A stretch of DNA of 64,000 nucleotides from positions 3,168,001 through 3,232,000 of the forward strand of contig CP086569.2 in the NCBI GenBank assembly GCA_009914755.4, in the 5' to 3' direction. Position numbers and translations under genes: made by a program. Shown here one piece after another: positions 40,215 through 53,195 of the stretch (positions are counted from its first letter, which is position 1; every line of letters begins with the position of its first letter). This stretch comes from the human T2T-CHM13v2.0 reference genome, Homo sapiens. Below the pieces are notes generated by a model. That model worked only from the letters and a program-made list of their open reading frames with translations. It made no database searches and was not told the DNA's origin.

Positions 40215-40330
40215 GTACATATCAGGCAATTCAACTTTTTTTTGTAATCTCATGACTTTTCTGTGCTACCTGTAGTACATATCAGTCAACTGAACTCTTT
40301 CTTGTAAAGTCAGACTTTTTTGTGCTCCTT
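40215..40330. repeat. ~58-bp imperfect tandem duplication
   Basis: cttatagtacatatcaggcaattcaacttttttttgtaatctcatgacttttctgtgctac / ctgtagtacatatcagtcaactgaactctttcttgtaaagtcagacttttttgtgctcc. Confidence 0.5.
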
Positions 40331-40469
40331 GAAAGCACTTCCAGCATTACTAGTGGCACTTCATATGGGTCCCATGGTTTTATTCAAGGGTTACAGTATT
40401 GTACTAAACATTATAACAAATTAGTATAGTTTAAGGAGATACATATGTGTGCCACATTGTCCAGAATTG

Positions 40470-40970
40470 GATTTGTGTACTTAATTTTAGGTGTCAACCT
40501 GACAAGATGAAATAATACCTGGAAACCTGGTTAAGGATTATTTTTGGTGTGTATGTGAGGTTGTTTACAGAGAAGATTAGTGTGTGAATCTGAGTGGATT
40601 AGGTAGGGAAAATCTGCCCTTGTTATTGGTCAACATCATCCAATCACCTGGGGCCTGGAGAGAAAAAATTTAGAAGGAGAATTTGTCTCTCCCTGAGAAC
40701 TAAAATAGTCTTCTTCTGGTGCCTCAGTCATCAGAATGTTAGGCTTGCCAGCCTTTGGATTGCAGAATTTACTGCAGCCTCCCTAGGTTCTGAGGCTTTT
40801 AAAATCCTGAACAATTCTACCAGCATCCCAGGGTCTCCACTTGCATAAAGCCTGTCATTGGACTTCCCAGCTATCATAATTACATGAGCCATTTCCCCTA
40901 AGTTCTCTGTCATATAGCTACATACATATCCTATTGCTTATTACTCTCTGGAGAACCATGGGTTATACAG
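40470..40970 (+). mobile_element. LTR-like interspersed repeat (MaLR/ERVL-type wording), family unresolved
   Basis: Phrase structure typical of mammalian LTR consensus sequences: ...tcatcagaatgttaggcttgccagcctttggattgcagaatttactgcagcctccctaggttctgaggc...cataattacatgagccatttcccctaagttctctgtcatatagctacatacatatcctattgcttattactctctggagaaccatgggttatacag (cf. MLT1 ...cttggacttccagcctccagaactgtgagaaaataaatttctgttgtttaagccacccagtctgtggtattttgttatggcagccctagcaaactaatacag). Confidence 0.35.
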
Positions 40971-42714
40971 ACTTGGCATAGGGGGAAGCTGAATATCATT
41001 CCTTCTTATTGTGTTTCTTACAAGACAATGAATGGGATCTCTGAAATTATTACCTTTTAAAAAGGCTATGATTAGTTAAATGTACAAGGTTACTTAACGC
41101 CGAATGATACAAGTTTAAATGTTAATTATAATTGGTGCTGCAAAAGCAAAAGTCTGCTTAATTCTACCAGCTGAGCAATAACCAGACTTTTAAATGGACA
41201 GCATATAGTTACAAAATTTGTAGACCAGAAGCACTCTCCAAATACAAGTGCAGTGAGTATTTCAAAGATCACAGAATAAGTAAAAATGCAGGTGAAAAAC
41301 ACAAGAACTCTCCCCTGCCAAATTATTCAATCATGTATTTCTGCTCCTTCATACATAGGTGCCATACTTGCCTTCAAAAAATGCCTGTCAGAGAATATAA
41401 AGAATTCCACAAGCTCAGCGACCTTCTGAACCAAAGACACTTGTTCATATTTTGGTTTCTTCAGTGTTACAAAACACATTAAATGGTAAACTTCTTTGAT
41501 TTTCTTATATTTACCACTAACCCTAATATAGAAATATGCTTCGCTGTGTCTAATGAATGGCACTTCCAACTGTCCCCACTATTTTTTATTAACTATGTAC
41601 AATTAATACCCTGGTTGAATCCAAAAATTTTAGAACTTTTCTACTCATTTTTGTATTAATAACTCAAAATAGTAAAGCATTTTGTAAATGCTCATTTGAA
41701 GATCTGGTGAACTTTGCAGAAAAAAAAAATAAATTTTCAAACCACAATGACAGTTTTGAGTAAGTGTGGCCAGAGCTTCTACAAGTGAATTTCAAAATGT
41801 TACCAATAAAGTTTTTTTTTCCATTAACCTCAATGCATTTGGTAAAAATTCTAATGAATGGATTGGTCACACAGCATGACAATGACAAAAGCTTCAGTTT
41901 AAAAATGTATCATTTGCCTGCATTGGCATTCCTTCAAGCTTATAACATCCCAGGAACTTTTCAGGAATTAAAACAGCATTTGTCCGAAAAGTCGGTGTAG
42001 TTAACTACAAGTTCAAAAATAATTTTGTGTATGGTAGTATAAGAAGCCACTTATTTAATAGTGTTGCTGTTTGGCCAGTGTTGTTTATATCAAATTTGTG
42101 GCCTATAATTGAGTCCATACAGACTGGATTTTTTGCATAACCAAAACAATATAGAAGCATTGCACATAAAATGGGAAAATTTAATCAGAAATGCTCATGT
42201 TGTTGTATATCAAATCATGAAAGAATTTCAAGAAAAGGCAATGCCATGTAATGGCAAATGAATGTGATCATATTCTCTGAGGACAGCCATTTCCTAAAAG
42301 AAAAAAGGCAGCTATTCATTAAGACACAATATTTCAAAATATAGTTAATGATCATAAAACTCAGTTATCTCTTAGGGAGTATCTCCGTGAAACTGCCCAT
42401 AAACTATCCCTGTGATACACTTTTTCATATGTTAAAAATTTTCTTTTTAGTCATTTTTATCTTCTTTTTCTTTTTTCAGGTTTCTTCACTATTTTAAATT
42501 ATCAGTACTTTTTTTTTTGCAATTTGCTATACTATATTTCATCTTCACTTCATTTCCAATACTGGAGGTTGAAATTGTGTAGAGACTTTTGGAGGGTTCT
42601 AATTGATTTTATGTATTTTTTATCAATTTGATGCCACAAAAGTGCATTATCACAATGTTGACTTTGTATGTAAGTATTATGTATGTATATAAAATGTTGA
42701 AACTTCCCCAAAAT

Positions 42715-42790
42715 AGGCATATAGACCAATGGAACAGAATAGAGAACCCAGAAATAAATGAAGAGATGTCCTATCCTGTATTTTGTTGAA
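42715..42790 (+). mobile_element. Short L1 ORF2 fragment
   Basis: ggcatatagaccaatggaacagaatagagaacccagaaataaatgaag parallels L1 ORF2 DQWNRIESPEINP. Confidence 0.4.
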
Positions 42791-43429
42791 TCTACATATA
42801 CAGATCATTTGGGGGAGAAATTTAACTTTATAATATTGTTTTCTAATTTGTGGTCATAACATATCACTTAATTCAAGCAGGAATTTTTCTTGGACCAGTT
42901 AGAGAATTGAGGTGACAGTGCCAAACTGCCACTGAAAACTTGAAGTGAATGATGAATTCAGAAGCCACAGCGCATATCAGCTTACCTAGAGCAGAAGATA
43001 GAACCATAAACTGACAGGATCACTAAAACAATAATTATAAAAAATTGATGGAGGCTGAGTGTGCACTACAGCAAAAGTGATAAATGTCTGGGGGTCATAT
43101 TTCTAAGGGAAAGTCCACATTTTTGTAAGTTTTACCTCCAGGAACTCACCAGTTTCTCATGGTAAAGAGAAAAAAAAAACCCTAAAATCTTCCTTTTTAT
43201 GGCAAGGAGATGGAAAAGGTAACCATTTAAAATATGCACAACATATTCATCATGACAAAGGGCATTTCTGCAAAAGAAATAATTTCACCAAGGTCTCATC
43301 CAAACTAGAAGAAAGACACTTAACCAAGTTTATCTCCTTCTAGGCTTTCTGTCTTATCTAGGTGGAAAACAAATAGCTATAGAACCACAGAGGACATGTG
43401 AAACTCACAACCCAGGGACACGAGCACTC

Positions 43430-43789
43430 TAAATGACTTAGATTCTTCCCAGCTTCACTGAGGTATAATTGACAAATAAAAATTGTATATATTGAAGGTC
43501 TACCACATGACATTTTGAAATATGTATACGTTGTGAAATGCTTACCACAATAAAGCTAATTAACATATCCATTACTCACATAGCTACTTTTTCTTGTGTG
43601 TGTGGTAAAAACTTAAGATCTACTCTCTTAGCAAGTTTTAAGTATATAATACATTGTAATTAACTGTAGTCCCCATGCTGTACATAAGATCTTCAAAAGT
43701 TATAAATCTTAAAACCTCAAGTTTGTACCCTTTTACCAATATCTCATTTCCCCCATTCCTGATCTCTGGTAACCACCCTTCTAAACTGT

Positions 43790-43790
<1 letters not shown>
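43430..43790 (-). mobile_element. Ancient L1 (L1M-type) 3' end, antisense
   Basis: cagcttcactgaggtataattgacaaataaaaattgtatatattgaaggtctaccacatgacattttgaaatatgtatacgttgtgaaatgcttaccacaataaagctaattaacatatccattactcacatagctactttttcttgtgtgtgtggtaaaaacttaagatctactctcttagcaagttttaagtatataatacattgtaattaactgtagtccccatgctgtacataagatcttcaaaag is near-verbatim the antisense form of the old-L1 3' terminus. Confidence 0.7.
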
Positions 43791-44671
<881 letters not shown>

Positions 44672-44782
44672 TTAATATATATGTATTTAATGATAGATCA
44701 TCAGAATGCCTAAGGCAAGCTTTGGAACAGTGACATCGGGAATGTGGCACAGTAGGAGATACCTGCTTTCATCCTGCTCCTC

Positions 44783-44820
44783 CACCACCACCACCACCAC
44801 CAACAACAAAACAACAAAAC
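44783..44820. repeat. (CCA)7 followed by a (CAA)/(CAAAA) microsatellite
   Basis: ccaccaccaccaccaccaccaacaacaaaacaacaaaac. It yields the WWWWWW / VVVVVV ORFs at 44710..45051(-) and 44687..44878(-). Confidence 0.8.
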
Positions 44821-44879
44821 ATAAACAAAAATAGCCTTGACAGGGCTTAAGGATCCTTTCCAGAATAAACAGTAACAAA

Positions 44880-47800
44880 GTAGAAAAAAAAAACGGAAAA
44901 AAACTGCACAGAAAGGATATATGATGAAAGTGGCATATCTGTAATGTCTGGAGATGACTAAGAGTAAAGAAGTGTGATGGCTATCCATGTCAGCCACATG
45001 TTGGGTTCCACTGCAGACTCCAATGGCCTGATCAGCAGAGGATACTGGCACCTTTCATCACTGAGGTAACAAATAGCCATCACCACTGCAGACCCCCATA
45101 GAGGAAGATGTGGTTGCACCATGGCCACCCAGAAGTCAAAACTGTGCTACTCTAGGACTGAAGCTGCCATCCCTCCCAACCCTGTGCATGCTGCTCCCCC
45201 CCACCAAGCACCACAGAGATGTAGCCACTTCACCAGTGTCCACATTCTAGACCATGGCTCTGTAATCTCTCTGTGCTTACCAGTGAACATCCACATCTTA
45301 AACACTGGAACTACCATAGTTAAGGACTAGCACCATCATAGGCCCTAAACCCTACAGTTACTCTGTTTTTGCATAAACTACAGGTCATTGCCCTGTAGCC
45401 ACCCCATGAAAGTAATGTATCTGGTGTTTGAGCCACACTCACAGCTAACCCATTCTCCAGTCCCTAAGGCTACTATAGCCATTCATGTGCTAACACTCCA
45501 AACTCCAGCCCCATTGCTGTACTGCACACACCTGCACCTAAAACTCAGAAACAATGTTACTATGAGATAGTCTGCACAGAAAACTGCATTGCTATTGTTG
45601 TCCTACACACATTTGTGCTCCATACTTCAATTCCCCAACTACTTCACAAACACCTATACCTCACACATTATTACCAATATGGCAATGAGGGTTTCTGTAC
45701 ATGAGGCACCATTGTCATGGCAGCCCAGGACCCTAGAGTCTTGATCTTTCCATGTGTGCCCATGCTTCAGATCCAAGCTCCATGGCTGCTTCTTAGGCAA
45801 TGTTCATGAGACACCAGGGGAAACATGCCATTAAGCTGGATCCAGTGCTAATAAAGATCATCAGGGCCATGACTTCTCTGGTAGAAAAAAAAAAATGATG
45901 AGAAAGACCCAACAGCCTTCACCATTAAAAACTTTAATGGCCTTCATCACCACTGCAGATACTTTCAGCCTTGGCTGTTAAAAACCACTGCAATCTTTGC
46001 CAACGTCAAACTTAGCTGGGAGATTTGCATGGAAACTATGCTGCTGTGCCCAAACCAGAGCCAGAACCTCCACAACCACTCAAACAGTGTCCTTTCAACT
46101 ACCTACCGAGGAAAGACTTTCCTCATGGAAAGTATTTCAATAAACTCTGGAAGAGGCGACTACTCCATCACATGTGCAGATATCAATGCAAGGCAGTAAG
46201 AAACATGAAAAACCAAGGAAACATATTACTACTAAAGAATACAATAATTTCCCAGTAACAGACCACAAAAAATGGAGATCTTTAAATTGCCTGAAAAATA
46301 ATCCAAAATAATTGTTCTAAGAAACCTCAGCAAATTTCAAAAGAAAACAGAGACAATTTAACAAAATCTGTAACATAATAAATGAACAAAATAAGTTTAA
46401 CAAAAAGATTAAAGCTGTATAAGAAATTACCAAAGAGAAGTTCTGGAACTAAAAATCAAAATGAAGGAAATGAAAAATGTAATAGAGATTATCAATAGCA
46501 GATTTCATCAAACAGAAAGAACAATCTATTAACTCAAATGTGGGTTATTTGAAAATATACAATCAGTTTTTAAAAGTAAAAAGAATGAAGAAAGTATGGA
46601 CTTTATGGGACAGCATCAAAATGGCTAACTTTCACATCACAAGAATTTGAGATGGAAAAGACAGAGAGAAATGGATAGAAATATTATTTAAATAAATAAT
46701 GGCTGAAAGCTTCTCAAATCTAGAGAAAGATTTAAATACTCAGGTACAAAGAGCTCGAAAGTCTCCAATCTGTTCAATTCACACAAAACTACACAAAGTC
46801 ATATTGTAAACAAATTGACAAAAGTATAAGGCAAAGAGAGATTCTTGTAAGCAGGAAGAGAAAATTTTACAAACTCACATAAAAAGGAACATAATTTGGC
46901 TATCATCAGATTTTATAGCAGAAACTTTTCAAATGAGGAGAAAATGGGGTGATATATCAAAGTACTAAAAGAAAAAAAATACTGGCAAGCAAGAATACTT
47001 TACCTGGCAAATCTATCCTTCAGAAATAAAGGACAGGTAAAGGCTTTCTAGACACAGCAAAGCTCAGGGAGTTCATCACCACTAAATCCTTACAAGAAAT
47101 TCTGAAGAAAGTTCTTCAAGCTAAAACAAAAGAATGCTAATTAGTAACATGAAAACATATGATCATATAAAACATACTGGTAAAAGTAAGTACATAGTTA
47201 AACTCAGAATACTGTAGTGCTGTAATGGTTGTGTTAAAATTATATACTTTTAGTGTAAAGGCTAAAAGACAAAACTGTTAAACATAACTATACCTCCAAT
47301 TAATTTTAAGGGATACACAATATAAAAAGGTGTAAATTGTGATATCAAAAACATAAAATGTGGGTAGGGTCATAAAAGTGTAGATTTTTTTAATGTGATG
47401 AAACTCAAGTTGTTATCAGCTCAAAAGAGCCTGTTATAAATAAATGTGGTGTTTTATATAAGCCTCATGATAACCACAAAAATCTATAGGAGATATGCAA
47501 AAGGAAAAGAGAAAAAAGTAAGGCATATCACTACAGAAAATTATCAAATCACAAAGAACAACAGTTATGGAGGAAGTAAAAAACAAAGAATGAACAAAAG
47601 TACCAGAAAACAATAAACTAAATGGAATTAGTAATTCCTTACCTATCAATAATTGCCTTGGATAGAAATGAATTAAATTCTCTACTCAAAAGATGTAGAG
47701 TGTCTGAATGGATAAAAAGCAAAACCCACCTACATGTTGCTTATAAGAGACTTACTTTGGTGTTAAGGACACATAGACTGACAGTGAAGGGATGGAGAAA

Positions 47801-50800
47801 AGATATTCCATGAAAATAAAACCCAAAACAAAAAGACATGGAATGTGGTTATACGATGATAACATAGTCAATTCATCAAGAGTATGTAGTAATTTTAAAT
47901 ATTTATGCATCCAGCATTGGAAAATCTAAATATATAAAACAAATATTCATATATATGAAGGGAGAGACAAACTGCAATGCAATAAATATAGGGGATGTAC
48001 ATACCTGACTTTGATCAATGAATAGATCATCCAGACAGCAAATTAAGAAGGAAATATTGGCCTTCAACTACACTTTAGATCACATGAACCAAAGAGACAT
48101 GCAGAAATTAGATCTTACAGCAGCAGAATACACATTATTCTCTAGTGCACATGGAATAGTCTCCATAGTAGACCATATGTAATGCCACAAGACAAGTCTT
48201 AACAAATATAAGATAACTGAAGTCATATGAAGTATCTTTTCTCATCACAATGGTATTAAATTTTATATCAATAACAGGAGGAATATTGGAAACTTTATAA
48301 ATATTTGAAAATCCAAAAACATTTTCCTTAACAAACAATGGGTCAAAGAAGATCAAAAGAAAAATTTAAAACTATATTGAAACAAATTAAAATGAAAATA
48401 CAATATACCAAAATTTACGGGATTCATAAAAAGTAGTTCAAAGAGAAATTGTAGTACAAAATATTTACATCAAGAAGGAAGAGTGATCTCAAGTAAACAA
48501 CTTAATGTTACACTTCAAGGAAGTAGAAAAAGAAGAGTGAACTAAGCCCAATGTTAGTAGAAGAAAAGAAATAATAAATAATAGAGCAGAAATAAGAAAT
48601 AGAGGCTAGAAAAACAATAGATAAGATGAAAATAGTCAAGCATTCATTTTTTGAAAGATAAAATTTTGAAAAAAACCTTTAGTTAAGCTTACTAAGAAGA
48701 GAAGACTCAAATAAATATAACTGGAAATGAAAGAGGAAATATTAAAATTGATGCCACAGAAATACAAGTAATCATAAGAAACTACATGAACAATTATAGA
48801 CTAATGAACTGGATAACATAGAGGAAATGGATAAATTTCTTGCCATGTGAAACCTATTAAGACTCAATCAGAAAAACCAGAAAATCTGAACAGACCAATA
48901 ATGAGAAAGGAGAATTAATCAGTAATAAAAATACCTCCTATCAAATAAAATCCAGGACCTGATAGCCTCATTGCTGAATGCTACCAATCATTTTATGAAG
49001 AATACCAATCCTTCTCAAATTCTTCCAAAAAAAATGAAAAGAAACACTTAAAATTGTCATTTAATGAGGCCAGCATTACTCTGATACCAAACCTGACAAA
49101 GACACTACAAGAAAAGAGAGGATGATGACCCTGATGAACACAGATGCAAAAGTCTTCAACAAAACACTAGCAAACTAAATTCCACAACACATTAAAAAGA
49201 TCATATAACATCATCAAGTTGAAGTTACCCTTGAGATGCAAGAATGTTTCAACATCTGAAAATCAACAAATGGAACACACCACATTAACAGAATGAATCA
49301 TCTCATGAGATGTAGAAAAATCTTTGGATAAAATTGAAGATATTTCATTATAAAAACTCACAACAAATTAAATATAGAAGAAATGTACCTAAACACAAGA
49401 AAGACCATGTATCACAAGCCCATGGCTAACATCATACTCCACAGTAAAAAGTTGAAAGCTATTTCTGTAAGATCAGGAAGAATTCAAGGATGCACACTCC
49501 TGCCACTTTTATTCACCATAGTACTGGAAGTCCTAGCAAAAACAATTAGGCAAGAAAAGAAAATAAATGTCATCCAAATCATAAAGAAAACAGTAACATC
49601 TCTGTTTGCAGATGTCAGGACATTATATATGGAATACACTAAACACTACACCAAAAATAGTTAGAACTCATTAAAAATCCCATAAAATTGCAGAATAAGA
49701 AATGAACACACAAAATCATTTGTATCTCTATATGTTAACATTGAACTATCTAAAGAGAAATTGAGAAGAAAATCCCATTTACAATTGCATGCATCAAAAA
49801 GAATAAAATATCAAAAAATAAATTTAACCAAGGAGGTCGAAGTTGTATACACTGAAAACTATAAAATATTAATGAAAGAAATTGAAGAAGGCAAAAATAA
49901 ATAAAAAATATGTCCATGCATGCTATTGGAAAGATTTTATACTGCCAAAATTTCCATGCTATCCCAAGTGACCTACAGATTCAATGCTATATGAACAATA
50001 AGATCCTAAAATTTGCATGAACCAACAAAAGACCTGAATAGCACATGCACTCTTGACCAAGAACAACAAAGCAAGAGTCATGACACGCTCTAATTTCAAA
50101 ATATATTAGAAAACTATGGGAATAAAAACACTCTGGTACTGGCATGAAAACAGACACACAGACCAGTAGAACAGAACAGAAAGTTGAGAAATAAATGCAA
50201 TCATGTATGTTGAACTTACGTTTCTCAGTGTTGCCAAGAATACACAATGGGGAACAAATTGTCTCTTCCACAAATGCGGTTGGAATAATTAGATATTCAT
50301 ATAGAAAAGAATAAAATTCAACCCTTATCTTACAATATACACAAATATCAACTCAAAATAGATTAAAGACACATGTAATACTTGAAACTATAAATTACCT
50401 AGGGTAACATAAAGGGGAAAAGGTCCATGATTTTGGTCTTGGCAATGATTTTTTGAATAAAACAGAAGCATACAGTATGAAGCATTCCCAAAAAATTAGA
50501 ATTGTTATCTGATTCAGAAATCCCACTTCCGGGTATATATGCAAAGGAAATCATACCACCTTCTAGAAAAGATATCTGCCTTCTATTATTGTTATTATTA
50601 TTTTGTTGTTGTTGTTGTTGAGATGGAGTCTCACTCTGTTGCCCAGGCTGGAGTGCAGGGGCTCAATCTTGGCTCACTGCAACCTCTGCCTCCAGGTTTC
50701 AAGCGGTTTTCCTGCCTCAACCTCTTGAGTAGCTAGGACTATAGGCAGCTGACACCATGCTTGGCTAATTTTTGTATTTTTAGTAGAAACAGTGTTTCAC

Positions 50801-51183
50801 CATGTTGGCCAAGCTGGTCTTGAACTCCTGACCTCCGGTGATCTGCCCTCCTTGGTCTCCTAAAGTGCTGTGATTACAGGCAGGAGCCACCATATCTGGC
50901 CTGCATTCTATTATTAATTGAAACGTTATTTGTGGTAGCCAAGATATAGCAGCAACCTAAGTGTCCATCAATGAATAAATGAAGAAAGAAAGTGTGATAA
51001 ATATGTACACAATGGAATATGATACACAAAAGACAAATGCTTGAGAGGATGGCTACCCCATTTCATATAGTGTGATTATTACACATTTCATGCCTGCATC
51101 AAATCATCTCATGTACCCCAAAATATATACACTTACTATGTACCCACAAAACAAAAAATTAAAAATTAGTAAAACACCAATGT
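44880..51183 (+). mobile_element. Ancient L1 (L1M-type), near full length, sense orientation
   Basis: Region by region:
- GC-moderate 5'UTR-like region, ~44880-46250. The 5' boundary is uncertain.
- ORF1-like region, ~46250-47600: ...aacagagacaatttaacaaaatctgtaacataataaatgaacaaaataagtttaacaaaaagattaaagc...gaaagaatgaagaaagtatggactttatgggacagcatcaaaatggctaac...
- ORF2 from ~47620: gaattagtaattccttacctatcaataattgccttggatagaaatgaattaaattctctactcaaaagatgtagagtgtctgaatggataaaaagcaaaacccacctacatgttgcttataagagacttactttggtgttaaggacacatagactgacagtgaagggatggagaaaagatattccatg matches ITLNVNGLNSPIKRHRLAEWIKKQDP..CLQETHL...KGWKKIFHA.
- RT core: ORF 49383..49664(+) translates to ...LKAISVRSGRIQGCTLLPLLFTIVLEVLAKTIRQEKKINVIQIIKKTVTSLFADV.
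- After the Alu insertion (50590-50901), the L1 continues as ...caacctaagtgtccatcaatgaataaatgaagaaagaaagtgtgataaatatgtacacaatggaatatgatacac...tgtacccacaaaacaaaaaattaaaaattag, an L1 3' end. Confidence 0.65.
50590..50901 (-). mobile_element. Alu element antisense (S-type) with (TTA)n(TTG)n tail, inserted in the ancient L1
   Basis: attattgttattattattttgttgttgttgttgttgagatggagtctcactctgttgcccaggctggagtgcaggggctcaatcttggctcactgcaacctctgcctccaggtttcaagcggttttcctgcctcaacctcttgagtagctaggactataggc ... gtgattacaggcaggagccaccatatctggcc. Confidence 0.95.
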
Positions 51184-52825
51184 ATAAAAAGGTCAAATCT
51201 TCATTTGTAGATCTACAATATAAAATTTAAATATTTCATTTATACCTCATTGAAGCTGGAAATAACAATATTGTTCAATCTATATACACTCATCTTTTGA
51301 AGTTGTCTGATTAAAGAATATAGAAATAAAAGGCATATACAATGTGTTCAGCTATTGTAAGAATAAATTGATAATTCTTAAAAAATAAAAATAAAAATAA
51401 CAGTAACTTTTTATTTGTAATGAAAAATTAATCACTATTAACAATTGTGTGACATAATTGTTTTCTTCTCTAATCAAGAGCCCACAAATATTTTAAGCAT
51501 ATTTTGGGAATGCTGTAGAAAATAAGATGAAGAAATGAAAATCTATGCTAAATTTGCAGACTTTATATATTAATTGACAACATTATTATACTTCTGTCTC
51601 AGAGCATTTCAGCAATATTTGTAAAATGGAAGCCTATGGACACAGTATCTATTCCTGGTGTTCTCCTTCAGTGCACAATCTTGCTACCTAAATTTTTAAA
51701 CATTATTTATTTATTTATGTGTATATAGTATGTGTATATATTTATGGGGTACATGAGGTGTTTTGATACAGGCATTCAAATTGTAATAATCATGTCATGT
51801 AAAATGGAGTATCCATATCCTCAAGCATTTATATTTCTGTTACACAAAAATTCTGTTCTTTTAGTTATTTTTAAACATATAATTAACTTATTGACCACAG
51901 TCACCCTGTTGTGATATCAAATACTAGGTCTCATTTATTCTTTCTAACAGTTTTGTACCCATTAACCATCCCCACTTGCCCCTGACACTCCCAATACCCT
52001 TCCCAGCTTCTGTTAACCATTCTTCTACACTTTCTCTTCATGAATCCAATTGTTTTGAATTTTAGATTCTATAAATAAGTGGGAACATGTGATATTTGTC
52101 TTTCTGTGCCTGGTTTATTTCACTTAGCATAATGACCTTCAATTCTATCCATATGATTGCTAGATCATATGACAGCTCAATATTTAGTTTATTGAGGAAG
52201 CTCCAAACTATTTGCCATAGTGGTTGTACTAATTTACATTTCCACCAACAACGTAGGAGGGTTCCCTTTTCTCCACATCCTTGCCAGCCTATGTTATTGC
52301 CTGTGTTTTGGATATAAGCCATTTTAACTAATCTCATTGCAGTTTTGATTTGCATTTCTCTGATGATCATTGACGTTGAGCACCTTTTCATATGCCTGTT
52401 TGCCATTTGTATTTCTTCTTTTGAAAAATGCCTATTCAGATATTTTGCCCATTTTTCAGTCAGATTATTAGATTTTTTCCTATAGAGCTGTTTGACCTCC
52501 CTATATATTCTGGTTATTAATCCCTTCCTAGATGTGTAGTTTGCAAATATTTTCTCCCAATTTGTAGGTTGCCTTTTCATGTTGTTAATGGTTTCCTTAA
52601 TCATTTCCAGCTTTGTTGTGCAGAAGCTTGTTAACTTGATGTAACCTTATTTGTCCATTTTTGCTTTGGTTGCCTATGCCTGTGGAGTACTGCACAACAA
52701 ATGTTTACCCAGACCAATGTCTTGGAGAGTTCCCTTCATGTTTTCTTGCTGTAGTTTCACAGGTTGAGGTCTTTGATTTAAGTCTTTGATACATATTGAT
52801 TTGATTTTTGTATAAGGCAAGAGAT

Positions 52826-52842
52826 AGAGCGAGACTCCGTCT

Positions 52843-52874
<32 letters not shown>
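52826..52874 (+). mobile_element. Minimal Alu 3' remnant (18 bp, agagcgagactccgtctc) plus an A31 tail, with a target-site duplication, inserted in the L1
   Basis: tataaggcaagagat|agagcgagactccgtctc(a)31|gagataggggtc. The flanks gagata...gagata are target-site-duplication-like. The surrounding sequence is contiguous antisense L1 (tataagg..ggatccagtttc..). Confidence 0.7.
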
Positions 52875-52877
<3 letters not shown>

Positions 52878-53146
52878 ATAGGGGTCTAGTTTCCCTCTTC
52901 TGCAGATGAATATCTACTTACCCCGGAACCATTTATTGAAGAGACTCTTTTCCTCAGTGTATGTTGTTGTCACTGTTGTATAAAATGAATTCACTGCATG
53001 TCTGTGGTTTTTGTTCTGGGTTCTCTCTGCTGTTCCATTTGTCTATGTGTCTGTTGTTATTACAGTACCATGCTGTTTTGGTTACTATAGGTCTGTAGTA
53101 TAATTTGAAGTCAGTTTTGTTCTTTTTGCTTAGGATAGCTCCAGCT

Positions 53147-53150
<4 letters not shown>

Positions 53151-53194
<44 letters not shown>
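53151..53194. repeat. (TG)22 microsatellite
   Basis: Uninterrupted tgtgtg... run. It yields the HTHTHT / CVCVCV ORFs at 53145..53513(-) and 53154..53381(+). Confidence 0.95.

Positions 53195-53195
<1 letters not shown>

Noticed and set aside
52062-52604. Longest ORF in the window (180 aa, minus strand) as a candidate protein-coding gene
   Set aside because: Its translation (...[22 protein letters not shown]...[11 protein letters not shown]...[22 protein letters not shown]...) is the C-terminal cysteine-rich region of L1 ORF2, embedded in a degenerate antisense L1 copy. It is a transposon relic, not a host gene.
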